Below are positions 11,501 through 26,500 of a stretch of 64,000 nucleotides of DNA, piece by piece. Origin of the DNA: Scyliorhinus canicula (taxonomy: Eukaryota); contig NC_052160.1 of assembly GCF_902713615.1 (NCBI RefSeq), positions 9,672,001-9,736,000 on the forward strand, given 5' to 3'. The stretch's first letter is position 1. Each line of letters starts with the position of its first letter. The notes under the pieces were generated by a model that did not search any database, had not been told where the DNA came from, and worked only from the letters and a program-made list of their open reading frames with translations. A program made the position numbers and the translations under genes.

Positions 11501-14500
11501 TTCTGTGGACGTCTCAGGATCCACTGTAGACATGTCAACATAGCATTTGCCCGGTCGAATCCCTTGCAGCACCCCACTGGGACCCAGAACCAGCTGAAAA
11601 CACAAATAAAACTTACTGAAAATATTCAGATTGTGGGGGTTTTTATTTTTGAAAAGGGTAACCGAAAAATATGTTGAGAAGTTAACGTTGGATTGGATTT
11701 GTTTATTGTCACGTGCATAGAGGTACAGTGAAAAGTATTTTTCTGCGAGCAGCTCAACAGATCATTAAGTACATGGGAAGAAAAGAAAAACATAATAGAG
11801 CAACACAAGGTATACAATGTAACTACATAAGCACCGGCATCGGATGAAGCATACAGGGTGTAGTGTTAATGAGGTCAGTCCATAAGAGGGTCATTTAGGA
11901 GTCTGGTAACAGTGGGGAAGAAGCGATTTTTGAGTCTGTTCCTGTGTGTTCTCAGACTTATGTATCTCCTGCCCAATGGAAGAAGTTGGAAGAGCGAGTA
12001 AGCCGGGTGGGAGGGGTCTTTGATTATGCTGCCCGCTTTCCCCAGGCAGCGGGAGGTGTAGATAGTATCAATGGATGGGAGGCAGGTTCGTGTGATGGAC
12101 TGGGCGGTGTTCACGACTCTGAAGTTTCTTACAGTCCTGGGCCGAGCAGTTGCCATACCAGGCTGTGATGCAGCCAGATAGGATGCTTTCTATGGTGCAT
12201 CTGTAAAAGTTGGTAAGGGTTAATGTGGAAATGCCGAATTTCCTTAGTTTCCTGAGGATGTATGGGTGCTGTTGTGCTTTCTTGGTTGTAGCATCGACGT
12301 AGGTGGACCAGGACAGATTTTTGGAGATGTGCACCCCTAGGAATTTGAAACTGCTAACCATCTCCACCTCGGCCCCGGTGATGCTGACAGGGATGTGTAC
12401 ACTACTTTGCTTCCTGAAGTCAATGACCAGCTCTTTAGTTTTGCTGGCATTGAGGGAGAGATTGTTGTCGCTGCACCACTCCACAAGGTTCTCCGCTGAC
12501 TCGATATTCGAGATCCGGCCCACTATGGTCATATCATCAGCAAATTTGCAGATGGAGTTGGAACCAAATTTTGCCGCGCAGTCGTCTGTGTACAGGGAGT
12601 AGAGTAGGGGGCTACGTTCGCAGCTTTGCGGGGCCCCGGTGTTGAGGACTATTGTGGAAGTGGAGTTGTTGTTCATTCTTACTGATTGTGATCTGTGGGT
12701 CAGAAAGTCGAGGATCCAATTGCAGAGTGAGGAGCCAAGTCCTAGGTTTTGGAGCTTTGATAGGAGCTTGGCTGGGATTATCGTGTTGAAGATGGAGCTG
12801 TAGTCAATAAATAGGAGTCTGATGTACGAGTCCTTGTTGTTGAAATGCTCGAGGGATGAGTGTAGGGCCAGGGAAATGGCGTCTGATGTGGACCGGTTGC
12901 GGTGGTATGCTTATATGCCGGGAGAAGGAGCACTGTCTTATGGCCTGACTTCCCAAAGTGTGGTCGGGGGATGGAACGGTAAGCGCCCTTGATTTGAGTA
13001 GCGTTGGTCAAGAGTGTTGTCACCCCTGGTGGGACAGGAGATGTGCTGGTGGAATTTTGACAGTACAGAGGTTGGTTTTGTTGAAGTCTCCGGCTACAAT
13101 GACCAAGGCCTCCGTGTGTTCTGTTTTAGAGTTGTTTATAACTGTATACAGATCGTCCAGCGCCTTCCTCACTTCTGCCTGGGGTGGGATGTAAACCGCT
13201 GTGATAATGGCTGAAGTGAACTCGCGTGGAAGATAATGAGTTCCTCCCCATTAAATTAAAGTGTTTAAAAAAGATTAAGGTAGCTAACATTATGGTCCGT
13301 TGTTGCTCAGTCAATCAGGTTAAGAAACAGTAGGTGTACTTACATCTTTAGCTGCCTTTGGGTCAGAGATGCAAGAGAGTGTGATATCACATGTAGAAAC
13401 CACCTCCGCAGGTGTCCGTCCTAAACGTGCCCCTTCCTGGAGAAAAGGGTCGCACTGTCACAAAACGAAGAGGTGTTTGATAAATTTTCACTTCAAAAAG
13501 CAAAATCACATATACTCATTTCAAGAGTGTACTTTCACAGGGAACTAGTGTTCCATAATGCTGTGTCAGAGCTACACGGCGTGGTAGCACAGTGGTTAGT
13601 ACAGTTGCTTCACAGCTCCAGGGTCCCAGGTTTGATTCCAGGCTTGGGTCACTGTCTGTGTGGAGTCTGCACGTTCTCCCAGTGTCTGCGTGGGTTTCCT
13701 CCGGGTGCTCCAGTTTCCTCCCACAGTCCAAAGATGTGCAGGTTAGGTGGATGGAACATGATAAATTGCCCTTAGTGTCCAAAAAGGTTGGGTGGGGTAA
13801 CTGGGTTATGGGGATAGGGTGGAGGTGTGGGCTTGGGTGGGGTGCTCTTTCCAAGGGCCGGTGCAGACACGATGGGCCGAATGGGATCCTTCAGCACAAT
13901 AAATTCTATGAAACAAGGATAGGCTAAATATATTTCTGATTTCAGTCTCTATGCCACTGGAATGAGCCAGCCATTTTGAACAAGAGCAAAACAGTATAGA
14001 AAGAAAGAGATTCAATCTATACGGTATTTCATATCCCAACTTGTGGTTCAATCCTCGTTATATAACCAGAGCTTGAGTCATAAGGACCTTGTGCACTATA
14101 GCTCCATCTTGCAAGCCATTGATTGACCTGCAGTAAAGGGAAGGATTTGCACTCAACACCTGCAGGACATCTAAAAGCACTTTGCAGCTAATGAGATACT
14201 TCATGCAGTGAAGGCAGACAGCTGAATTTCTATGGTACTTTTCACAACATCAGGGCACCCACAAACAATGAAATACTTTTGAAGTCTACTTAGTGTTCTA
14301 AAGTAAACTTAGAAAATGGGAGGCGGCCATTTGGCCCTTTGAGCCTGCTCTGCCATTCAATATGATCACGGCTGTTCCTCTATCTCAATGCCATATTCCT
14401 GTGCTAAGGAAATGTTGCAGCTAATTTACACACAGCAAGGATCCAAGTGAAAGACAAACCAGATCAGTGATGTTTGTTGAGATAAATGTTGAACAGGAGA

Positions 14501-17500
14501 CATGGAGAGCTCGCCTGTTCTTCAAATAAAGCTACGAGATAACGAGACCCAAAAGACAGCATCTCCGAAAGTGCACTGAAACGCCAGTCTGAATTGTTTG
14601 TAGTCTCTGGAGTGGAGCTAGAACCCACAATATTTTGACTCAAGGGGCAAGAGCACTAACCATTGAAGCAAAGCTGACAGAATTACTGAGCAACACAATA
14701 GTCAACAGATCAGACGTTTGAAGGAGGCATACCTTTTCTCCTGTGCGATTCCACACTGTAACAGTGTGGCCCATTTTCAAGAGATTTGCAACAATTCCAG
14801 TTCCCATTAAGCCTAGGCCAAGAAAGCCTATCCTGCAAAGACAGAAATGAAACTATTTATCTTCATCAAAACCAATTTATGTCCTCAATTTAAAATCCTG
14901 TGCAAACTTATTTCACAAAGTCGTTCAAAGAGCTGCCAACTTTTATTAAACAAAGTTGCTGATTGGATATATGTAAATTATATAAAGCTTATTATTTATA
15001 TCTATAAACCAAGTGAAACAGGAACCCTTCTGTCAGGATTGTAGTTATATGATAATTTTATGAAAAATGCTTAATTACCAGATGTTTATTGGATCAATGT
15101 GGCACGATTCATCAGTAATTTTCTTTTATTCGTTCACGGGACGTGGGTGTTGCAGGCTGTGCCAGCATTTATTGCCCATCTCTAATTGCCCTCGAGGGGG
15201 CAGTTAAGTGTCAACCACATTGCTGTGGGTCTGGAATGCACGTGGGCCAGACCAGGTAAGAACGGCAGATTTCCTTTCCTAAAAGGACATTAGGGTTTTT
15301 ACGGCATACCTTTTCTCCTTTGCGATTCCAGTGTAACAGTGTGCCCCATTTTCTGCCGTGAGGGGATTCGAACCTGGATTATGCTGGGTCTCTGGATTAC
15401 AAGTCCATCGACAATACCACTATGCCACCACCTCCCCATGACTATGTGGAAAACCAATAGTGGTCAGAAGACCAAACATATCTCCATCTGCAATTATGCC
15501 GATCAGTCAAACTTCCAATAGTCACCGTTGGGAGCCATGGAGCAGCAATATGGCCAGAACCCATTTGACAAGACAAGCGTTTGCAGATCTCTTCAAAAAC
15601 AAACCTTCAGTGACTATATGTCAGGGATTTGAGATTTCATTTTATGTTGGGAAAGGTTTGATCTTTGGGTCAAGGCCAACCCCCGATCATTTATCAAACT
15701 GATGAGACTTTACATTTTTTTTTCCAATATTTACTTTCAGGCCCTTCCTTACCTTTTGTCTGTAGGAGTCACACTGCCATTGGTTGCTGTACTGTCTGCA
15801 GCCTGGATGGATGTTGATTCTGCCTCCTATGGAGATAAAACAAGATCAATTAATTCACATGAAGTTGAGTTTTCAACTGAGAACCCTTAAAAGGATTGCA
15901 TGTACACACACTGGGTTATTTTTTGTTTTAAAAGAGGGATCACGTGCACCAATATATTACATCGTAGCCTAAAAATAATTTTCCCCATCTGGATAAAGAG
16001 AAGTTGAAACTGGAAAGAACGGTGTATGCTTAGAACCACCAGCAGTGGACACGGAACAATCATTGGAAGGGCCATTTGAAGATAAAATGTACCGAAGAAA
16101 TTACTCAAATTTAAGGTAGACAAATCAATAGGATCTAACAATTTATACCCCTGATAGGGTGATTGAGAATCCAATGTTAAATTAAGTCTTTGCCAAAAAT
16201 TCTACAGAAAGGAAAATTGTACCAGAGACGGCAAATCTGACATTTCTCATCAGAAAAGATGGAAATTATAGGCCAGTCACCTTACTTTGGTTCTTGGTAA
16301 ATTATTCTATAAACATGGGATGAAATTAATAAGCACCTGAAGAAAAAGGAGCTCTTTCAAGGGCAGTCAAAATAGATTTTTTTAAAAGACAGGTTGTATT
16401 TGACTAACTCGAAAGAATTTTGAAATAGGTGAAGAAAAATGCAGTGATACAGTTTATCAAAAATTGTTTACGGTGCCATCTGGATCACCATGGCAAAGAG
16501 AATGGCATATTACGGTGAACGGAGAGATTGCGGAGGGCATTAGCAAATGGTGGTTCTTCCACTCAATAAGGACTGAGCTGGTCTCATTTCACGACAATAT
16601 GTTGGGTCATTTTTTTTTTAAAGTGTATGTGTTCGTGGATATGGATTTAGAAAATCAAACCTATTAAATGCCACCAAATTTCAAAGAAGGTTTTGATTAC
16701 TCAGAGGGGACACAGATAACCTGAAAAAATGGTGTTGGCGAATGCAGATCCAGTGCAGCAAAATAGACTGTAAAAGAATACGGAAAGGAAATACACCATC
16801 AATGTAAGATGTTAAGTGAAATACATGAGAAAGGGACTCTTGGTCATTAAAGGTTGACAGCCAAGTGAATAAGGCCTGAAATAATGCAAGTGGAATTCTT
16901 GGTTTTGTACAGGGGTTATGTGGAACATACAGAAGATTATGTTAGTGAGCACACATGTAACAGCATGTAAAATTTTGGACACCGCATTACAAATATACAA
17001 ATTAGGGAGCAGGAATCGGCCTTCCGGCCCCTCAAGGCTGCTCTGCCATTTATAAGATCATGCTAATCGGACTGTGGCCTCCCCATTCCACCTACCCCTC
17101 AAGAATCTACCTCCATCTACCTTAAAAATATTTAAACGACCCTGCCTCCACTGCTCTCTAGGAGAGAGCCCCAAAGAGTCACAACCCTCCGGAAAAAAAA
17201 TATCTGTGTGTTAAGTAGGAGGCCACTTATTTTTAAACCGTGTCCCCCTAGTTTCTAGCCTCACCCACAAGAGGAAACTTCCTTCCAGCATCCAAGCTGT
17301 CAAGTCCCCGCAGGATCTTGTACGTTTCAATAAGATCACCCCTCACTCTCATGGATACAGGCCCAGCCTGTCCAATCTTCCCATTAGAGGATGAAAAGGA
17401 CAATGATAAGGGTACAGCATGGATTTGTTGGGTGCAACCTCTCATTTAACAGCCTATGCAGAGATCGGAGAAGTCATGGTTATTTTCACTAGAGCAGAGA

Positions 17501-20500
17501 AACTCAAGTTGAACCTTTCGGTTAACCACAACAAAAATTAATGGGGAACTCAAATTTTATTGTAGTATTTAAGCCAGACTGATTTTGATAAACAGGTCAG
17601 AAATGTCCAATTCACGGTCACAAACTTTTGAAGTCCATAACCTTTTTTCTTAAGGGGAAACAGGTGCTTGAAAAGGAGGACCATGAAAAGGCATGGAAGC
17701 GAGAATGAGATTTGAGCTAGTGTGGAAAAGCACTTGGAAATTACGTGCTTGTGTGCTGTAACATTTTAAGATTCAATTTAGAAGAGTGAGCAAGAGTTTA
17801 TCTTTTATGGAAGAGGACATTTAAAAATGGAAGAGAACCAACATATTACTAACCTCTTCTGCTGTGCTCTTTAGTTGTTGAATGATAGCAGAACATGACT
17901 CCGACTGTTAATGAATAAAAATGGAGCCAATTACCCATGAAAAATAAATCTACACAATATTGTGCCCAAATACTTTTAACTTCAACGTGTATTCAGATGA
18001 TAGTTATACAGCTTTATCGAGTTAGTATTTCAGGTCTCCACATATTAATCTGATAGCACTGCTGTTTAGGTATCATATAGATGTATTATCTGGATGGAAA
18101 TTTCTGTAGGAGAAACTTAATCTCTAGAACTAGCATGTCTATCTCAGAAAATAAACATTGATATGCTGGAGGAAAACAGCTATTGTAACCATTGGAAGCA
18201 ATAAAAATATTTTCTATGATCATTTCTTTCAATCTACCACCAGCTCCCCTTCTATAAAATGAAACCTATTCCAATTACTGTTTTACCATGTTAAAGATTC
18301 TTTGTTGCCCAGACAGTTTTACTCCGAGGGGACCATAAGGCAACTGCAACCTCAATTCAATTTCATACATGTTAAGACTGCATTGTCACGAAGGCTAACG
18401 TGGCTGATTATTGAAATGGTGTAACACTGAAGACCGTAACACTGGTGTAACACCGCCTGAAGGGCAACTAGGGATGGGCAATAAGCGATGGGCAATAACC
18501 AGCAATGCCCACATCCCATAAATGAATTAAAAAAACAACTGAAGAGTAGGAATTCAAATGGAAGTCATTTATACTCCGCACAATATTAAAAAAGAGCTGT
18601 GCGAAAGCTGACGGCAAGACCACCGTCACCGACTTCAAAAAGGAGAATTGGAGTAAACAACCACATCTTAAAAGGGGATTTAAAAAAGGTTGTCCTAATA
18701 GGAAGTCTTCCTTAATCAAATTTGATAAACTTAATTGGACGTTAATTTAAATGCATCAAAGTGCATTCGCAGCTTCTGCATGTTAAGAATGGCTTTTGAG
18801 TTTTTGACATTTCTGGTGCCACCAATTGAAAAAAAAACAAATACTATTCTCACAGAATTCCATTAGGTAACTGGCAAATGTGTATATTTTACAATTAGTG
18901 AAGTCAACAAATGGATGTTTAAAATTATATCTGAAATTTAAAATCTTGTACTTTCAAAGACAGACAACTGAAAATGCTTAATTTGCATCTGGTTATGTTG
19001 TCCAATAACAACTCTGCTGGCATATTAATGCCGTCACCCAACTTGCTCTTCCTGATGCTCCAATTTAAGTTAGCGAGGTAGACACACAAAAAGGATGTTT
19101 TCAGTTTATTAAATACAAAAAAGCACTCGGCAAGTACTTTGATTACCATGACACAAAATTACTTTTATAGCTACAAAGTAACCCATTTTATATTAAAACC
19201 GATGGGTCTCTTTTTAGTTGAATCTTTTGAATATATAGAATCAGAAGGGGCGATTAACACTGATGCTGACAGTTCAATGTGCTGTAGCCAAATATTATGC
19301 CACCCCCATACACGGGGTGAATTGCTGATTTCATCCCAATGTTATGGGTATTGTTTTCCAAAGGGGGAAAAAAAGCAAACAGACTGACCCAACATCTGCT
19401 GTCAACTAATGCAGTACGTTTCTGGGTTACATCCAGAGAGCAAGTTGCTCACTTGAGTTCTTAACCAAGGTGGTGGTCCACGGAAACGAGTAATGGAGGG
19501 GAAGTAACTGGATGAGTTTTGACCTTTAGAAGATTATGCAAACTGAGGAAAGTGATAGTGTTTTGCATCATGAGGCCAGCATGTTTCATGCAATACAGTT
19601 ACTGCCATCAAGTGGCTGGAGGAGGAAGTCAAAGATTGATGAGATACACTTTTGTTATACCAATTTCCCGTACGCACGTGCAAAAAATATTTATGCTTAA
19701 CAAACGTTCAGCAGAATCGACTTCAGATGGAAACGTGTTTTGTATTTTCAGAGGACGTTTTGACCCAGTGTTTGCAGTTTAGTGTTGAAGCAGGGACTCT
19801 GAACTTGGAAGAAAATCTCACTGCGAGGTCTAGTAATCTCAGCAATGAGAATCCTAACTCTCTTACCAGGCAAGGCAACATTCCATCATGTCTAGAGTTA
19901 GTTCTGTCACCAAGCTGTCCAAGCAGCCAATCATGTTAAAGAATTCTCTCAGTCAACAGGAAACTAAAAGCACCAAAATCAATTAACTTAAAAAAAAACT
20001 ACATTGAGAATGAAACATTCACATGGAGTGAAGGCAGAAGCTGAAATAATCTGAAAATTTAATTTTTAAAATATTAAAAAGATCAAAACTGGAGATATTT
20101 AACCAACACTTCAGACATAAAATAATGCTTTCATGAACAGATATTTTGCTCAGCAAGTTTAGATTGCTGTTGAAATCCCAGTTATACCCAATTGAGAAAT
20201 GTGCAACATTTTAAATCCCGTTTCGGACATCAATGTGAGCAGAAAAGGGGAACTTCTTGACAAATCAACTGAATTCAGTTCTTTGTCAAGAAGCCAGCGA
20301 TGCGGTCTCTGGATGGGGGTCTACAGCAGTCTGTGATGGAGCAATCAGTGACAGGCCATAACGTCTGTATTTCTGGGTTAATCTGCCCATGCACTAAATC
20401 CTGAAGTTGTGCTTAGACTCAAACTTAATAGATCTAAAACACTTACTCAGTAAAATACACCGCAATTTTCAAAACAATTCATTGAATATTTTAAAACCAC

Positions 20501-23500
20501 TTTTTTTTTAAAAAATCAAATAAACTTAGGGTCTATACTTTATTCCAATAACCAGCTTTTAATTAAAACTGAGAACACAAGGACTTAACTGATTAATATT
20601 TTATGATCCAGTAACGGGTCAATCTGGTGCTTCCTGCCAGTAGGAACAGTTCCCATTGTAACTCGACCCCATGTGTGTCGTTAAGCAGGACACCCCATGA
20701 CAGTGTATCCTGAATGGAGGCAAAACATTTGTCGACCAACTTGGTCTGCAGCAATTGTACCCTCAGGTAGCTGAACACACTGGCAGTCAAAGACGTTCTC
20801 ACCAATTAGGAAAAAAAAATAGCAACATATTTAGGAAAATGAAGATGTAAATGAAAAAAAAAGTGAAGCGTTAATAAAAGAAAGGAGACCAAAGTTTTCT
20901 ACTACCTGGCATTTTGCTTATTACTGGAATAAACTGCACTAGACTGCACCATCTTACCTTCTCAGACTGACTGAGCAGAAAGTGATGGAAGTGAGGGTCG
21001 TCCTTTACTTGCTGCAATTAGAAAAACCAAATCTGAGCACAGTAAGTATCATACTCTGATCCTATAACTGAAGACTTCTATTATAACTGAAGACTTCTAT
21101 TTGAGACGAGTGGGAGAATTGCACCAGAAATTCCCTCCCTGGCGATCTAAAGGCTTAGTGACGGAAATGTAGTCAACAGGAAACAACAGCTTTACAAAGA
21201 TTCAACATTTCAGAAAGGAACAAAGGACATTCAACACTTCTGCACCATTCATCACTCCCATTTTTTTGTGAAGAGAGCAACAGAGCACAATTTCTAGAAC
21301 CATAAACAGGGCTCTCCATAATGGCTCCCACCATTTTCTATGCACAATACTTTTTTTTTTTAAAGTCTTAGGTAATTCAATTACTGCAAAGCTGCATATG
21401 CGATTTTAGTAAGCATGCAATGAGGCAGAAGGGTCTCTGCTTTAGCAAATCATTATGGTCAATAGTCTCCCAATGATTGCAATTGTGAGCACCAACTTAG
21501 CATACATTATCTAGTTCATGTTTTTCTTCATAGTCCACGTCCTCAATAAAAATCACTTCAACTGAGTTTTCAAATCCTAGTTACACACCATTCACTAATA
21601 AGAGTAGTTGAGCCAGTCTAGGCTCATGCGAAGACTGCTTCATTGATTTCTCAAGTTTAAATAAATGGAGGCACTGAAACAAAGCATGATTAAAACGCCA
21701 ATGAGCTTGGTTTTGAAGTTGGTCACTTCACAGCCACTAACATTAGGGAGGTTCCTCTGTCCTGGGTGCTTGGTAGCGATTTGGCAATGGTCACATTATA
21801 TGTTGTGAACAGAACCTAAAAAGGATAAATGTGTAGTCAGACTTTTAAAGAGAAGGCTTTCGCCAGGTCCAGACAGTTAAAATAAAGAATACTTAGGAAT
21901 TAATTTGTTGACATCAAGATACAAACTACTGTTGTGGGGAAGGGAAGCATGTTTATTATTTTGTATTCTTACAAGAACACAGTGTGACTGCAGTCTAATC
22001 ATTCACTGTTGCTATGCAAATTTGCTTGTTTTGAAATAAAACAACGTAATGATCTATATCTGGCTTTTAAAGCACACTTTAGAAAGACGCAATATCCAGT
22101 TCAAATCACAAGGCAATACTTGTACATTTCCAGGGTATGGTATAATCTATATTCTAAACTTAAGATGCTTTGATTGTTTAGGGAGTGACTAGTACTAATG
22201 TCCTCCAAAGAACATCTCGGGAAATAACCTAAATTTGAAACCCTCCCATTGCATAGGAGATCTGAAAATCACAATTACAATCTTGCACACATACAAGGAA
22301 TTGTATCTATGAAATACAAATATCCTCTCATTGTTTATTATGATCCCAGCCCAAACCCCAACGGTGGCTAGGTTACTGGACCAAAACCTCAATATTTTAT
22401 TTTGTTTTGTAACACTGCGAAAAGAAGGAATTGCTCCAGAAGTGACTGCATGAAGAAATAGGGATTTGGTATTTTTTTGCTAAAAATGAAAAATACAGGA
22501 CGGCACAGTGGTTAGCACCGCTGCCTCACAGCGCTGAGGGCCCAGGTTCGATCCCGGCCCTGGGTCACTGTCCATGTGGAGTTGCACATTTTCCCTGTGT
22601 CTGCATGGGTCTCACCACCACAATCCAAAGATGTGCAGGGGAGGTGGATTGGCCACCCTAATTGCCCATTAATTGGGGGGGAAAAAATAATTATGCACTC
22701 TAATTTTTTTTGTTAAATAGAGTACAATATTAAATTCTAACTTCACACAGTACTCAATTCCCCATTAAACAACAAGAAACATACAGCTCTCAATCCATCT
22801 TAAAATCAGCATGGCATAGAGTAATACTGCATTACAGAACACATTTGGACTGTTAGAGCCCCTTCAGACTCTGGCGAGATCTCTTCAAAACGTTGGTTCA
22901 CCTCATGTGTTTCAGCTTCTTCCTTATCCTCAGACAAGACTGCTCTGCTTTACCTATTACTCATTTTATAACTATCCTCCTGGTAGAATCATGATTTCTG
23001 TCAGACAGATCAGCCTTCAACTTCGCTCTTCCAAGTTTTCTCAATCTCTTAACTCCACCCAGCAATGAAATCATCGCCAAGCTGAAAAACAAATGACCTC
23101 TCTTGGCGAAAATCACATCAACTCCCCGGATACTTTCCCCAGTCAAACCACAGTGCATTAGCCCAGACTGAAAAACACATCCCTCTGGTCAATTTCATCT
23201 TCTGGCTCCTAAGGCTCCCAGGCCCAGCAAACAGTAATTTGTAACCACATAACCACTGCAGTCAAACGCATTATAACTCCTAACTTTTAACCTTTAAGTT
23301 ACCCCAATATTTAGAATCCAATATTCCCAAAATCCACCACCATTCATCATGTTATACTATACATCAATACAGCCATTTTTAAAACACCGAATTATCTTTC
23401 AATTGCACCACTTCTCTACGTATGGACACACAAATCACCATTTTAATTATTCACTCGCATTCATTTGTTGCAGTTGTGATTCAAACACTGGAACAAGTGC

Positions 23501-26500
23501 CCAGCCCACCCACAATTTAGGAGTTCCTATTAAGTAAACAACCCCTTACAAGTTATTCAGCTGATCATTCAGTTTAACATTCTAGACAAGTTCCAACTAG
23601 TATAGCACTCTACACCGTTACGGTTTATAAATTATGCAAACTAAATCATGCATAGCTAACGTTGTTGGTTTTAGCATCAAACAGAAGATGAAGCTGGTTA
23701 GGTGGAATGCAACTTGATTTTTGAAAGCCAAAATGCTTGAATACGATGAATGAAATATTATATTTTGTCATTGTACCTTCAGCAATGTTGTAAATTCAAC
23801 CAGTGTTTTCCCAGCAAGTTAGAAAGTTGATTGAATTTTTGAAAGATTGAGTGCACCCACTTATTTATATCCCTGGCCTTTCTACTTTCTATATGAACCC
23901 GGTTTAGTAACCAACCAAGTGTTTAATTCCCCGTCTAACAGAAATAATACAAAATAAATGCATACTGAGTGGAAATTTATCAAAATTCATTTACTGTTGA
24001 ACATACTCTCCCTAACACACCATAGCACTTGTTACAGCCGACACTACAGACAAATGACTGGCAACCGAATTAAAAGCCAGACGAGATTAATATTGTTAAT
24101 ACTTTTAATTCCCAACATAATGAAGGTTATAATTAGAGATCACAGGGAATTCAGATTTTAAAACATTTATCTCTTTTCTTTATTCATTCAAGGGATGTGG
24201 CTTTCGCTGGCTAGGCCAGCATTCTTTGTCCATTCCTAATTGGCCTCGAAAAGGTGGTGGTGAGCTGCCTTCTTGAACCGCTGCAGTCCATCCACAGTGC
24301 TTTAAAGGAGGGAATTCAAAGATTTTGACCCCTAGACAGTGAAGGGACAGCGATATACTTCCAAATCAGGAAGGTGAGTGGCTTGGAGGAGAACGTTCAG
24401 GTGGTGGTGTTCCCATGTATCTCCTTCCCTTGGCCTTCTAGATGGTGGTGCTCATGGGTTCGGAAGGTTCAGAAGGTGCTGTCTTAAGGAGCCTTGCCGA
24501 GTTCCTGCAGTGCCATCTTGTAGATGGCACACACTGCTGCTACGGTGTTGGTGGTGAAAGGAATGAATGCTTCCGGAAGGGATGTCAATCAAGCGGGCGG
24601 TTTTGTCCTGGATGGTGTCAAGCTTCTTCAGTGTTGATGGAGCTGCACTCATTCAGACACGTAGAAAGTATTCCTTTTTTCAAAGCGCTGGACAAACTTA
24701 TCATGGCGTTCGTATGGGGGGGTAAAAATGCTAGGATCCCAAAGAAGGTCCTACAAAAAACAAAATCCAGGGGGGGGCTAGCCCTCCCGAATCTACAATT
24801 CTACCACTGGGCGGCAACAGCCGAGCGAGTAAGGGGATGGATCCAGGAGCCAGAAGCCGAGTGGGTGCGTGAGGAGGAGGCCTCCTGCATGGGAACCTCC
24901 CTCCGGGCCCTCGCCACGGCAGCACTCCCATCCCCACCCAAAAAACACTCCAGCAGCCCAGTGGTGACAGCCACCCTCCAATCCTGGAACCAACTGCGGC
25001 AGCAATTTGGCCTGAACAAAATGTTGGACAAGGCTCCCATCTGCAACAACCATAGGTTCAAACCAGCACTGACTGACACCACCTTCAAAAGGTGGAGACA
25101 GGACGGGGGGACACTGACAGTCAGGGACCTATACACAGACGACAGGATCGCAACACTGGACGAACTGACAGAGAAATTTCAGCTAGCTGGGGGGAACGAG
25201 CTACGGTACCTGCAGCTCAAAAACTTCCTACGAAAGGAGACAAGGATGTACCCACAACCGCCACGACAGACACTACTGGAAGACCTACTGGACGCAAGTA
25301 TCCTAGAGAAAGGGAACTGTAGTGACACGTATGGCCGACTGGTAGATAGGGACGACACCGTACTGGACGCAACAAGGAGGAAATGGGAGGACGACCTGGG
25401 GATGGAGATAGGGTGGGGACTCTGGAGCGAAGCACTGCATAGGGTCAACTCCACCTCCACGTGCGCAAGGCTCAGCCTGACGCAACTAAAAGTGGTACAT
25501 AGAGCCCACTTAACGAGAAACCGTATGAGTAGGTTCTTCCCGGAGGTGGAGGACAGATGTGAGCGGTGCCAAAGAGGCCCGGCCAACCACGCCCACATGT
25601 TCTGGTCTTGCCCCAGACTTGTGGAGTACTGGACAGCCTTCTTCGAGGCTATGTCCAAAGTGGTGGGGGTGAGGGTGGAGCCATGCCCGATAGTGGCGGT
25701 CTTCGGGGTTTCAGACCAGCCAGATCTATTCCTGGGGAGGAGGGCGGACGCCCTTGCCTTTGCCTCCCTGATTGCCCGCCGTAGAATCCTGTTTGGCTGG
25801 CGGTCAGCAGCACCGCCCAGAGCTGCAGACTGGCTGTCCGACCTCTCGGAATCTCTCCAAATGGAGAAAATCAAATTCGCCATCCGAGGGTCGGACGACG
25901 GCTTCCACAGAACGTGGGAGCCATTCATGCAACTGTTCCGGGACCTGTTTGTGGCCAACGTACAAGAGGAAGAATAGTCTGGTGGCCAAGAATCAGGGGA
26001 AAATGGACGGGAATCGGGGGAGGGTAGCCGGGGGGAGGGGGGGTTACGGGCTCGTTATGGGGGTTTGCTGGCAAGCCAAGGCCCAAAACCAAACTATAAA
26101 TAAATGCCTATAAACATGTGCCTCGGCCATATTGGGGAATGTAAAATATGTATGCTGGCTAAAGGGGGCGGCCACAATTGTTGTTATGAATATGCTTACC
26201 TGTAAATATTCATGTTAAATTTTTGTGTTTTCTTTTTTTTTCTCTCTAATAATTTGTAATTTGTTATATATAAAATATGAAAACTCAATAACAAACATTT
26301 ATAAAAAAAAAGAAGAAAGTATTCCTTCACACTCCTGATTTGTGCCCTGTAGATAGTGAACAGGCTTTGGGGAGGCAAGAAAGGAATTACCCGCCACAGA
26401 ATGCCTAGCCTCTGACCTGCTGTCGTGGAACTCGTTGCCCCATAGTGCGGTGGAATCTGAGTCATTAAATGGTTTCAAAGAAGAGATAGATAATGTGGCC

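Noticed and set aside
24442-25977. 511-aa ORF as a host or domesticated gene
   Set aside because: Chimeric: the first ~78 codons are antisense host LINE and the rest is a 5'-truncated L1 ORF2 bounded by a TSD.
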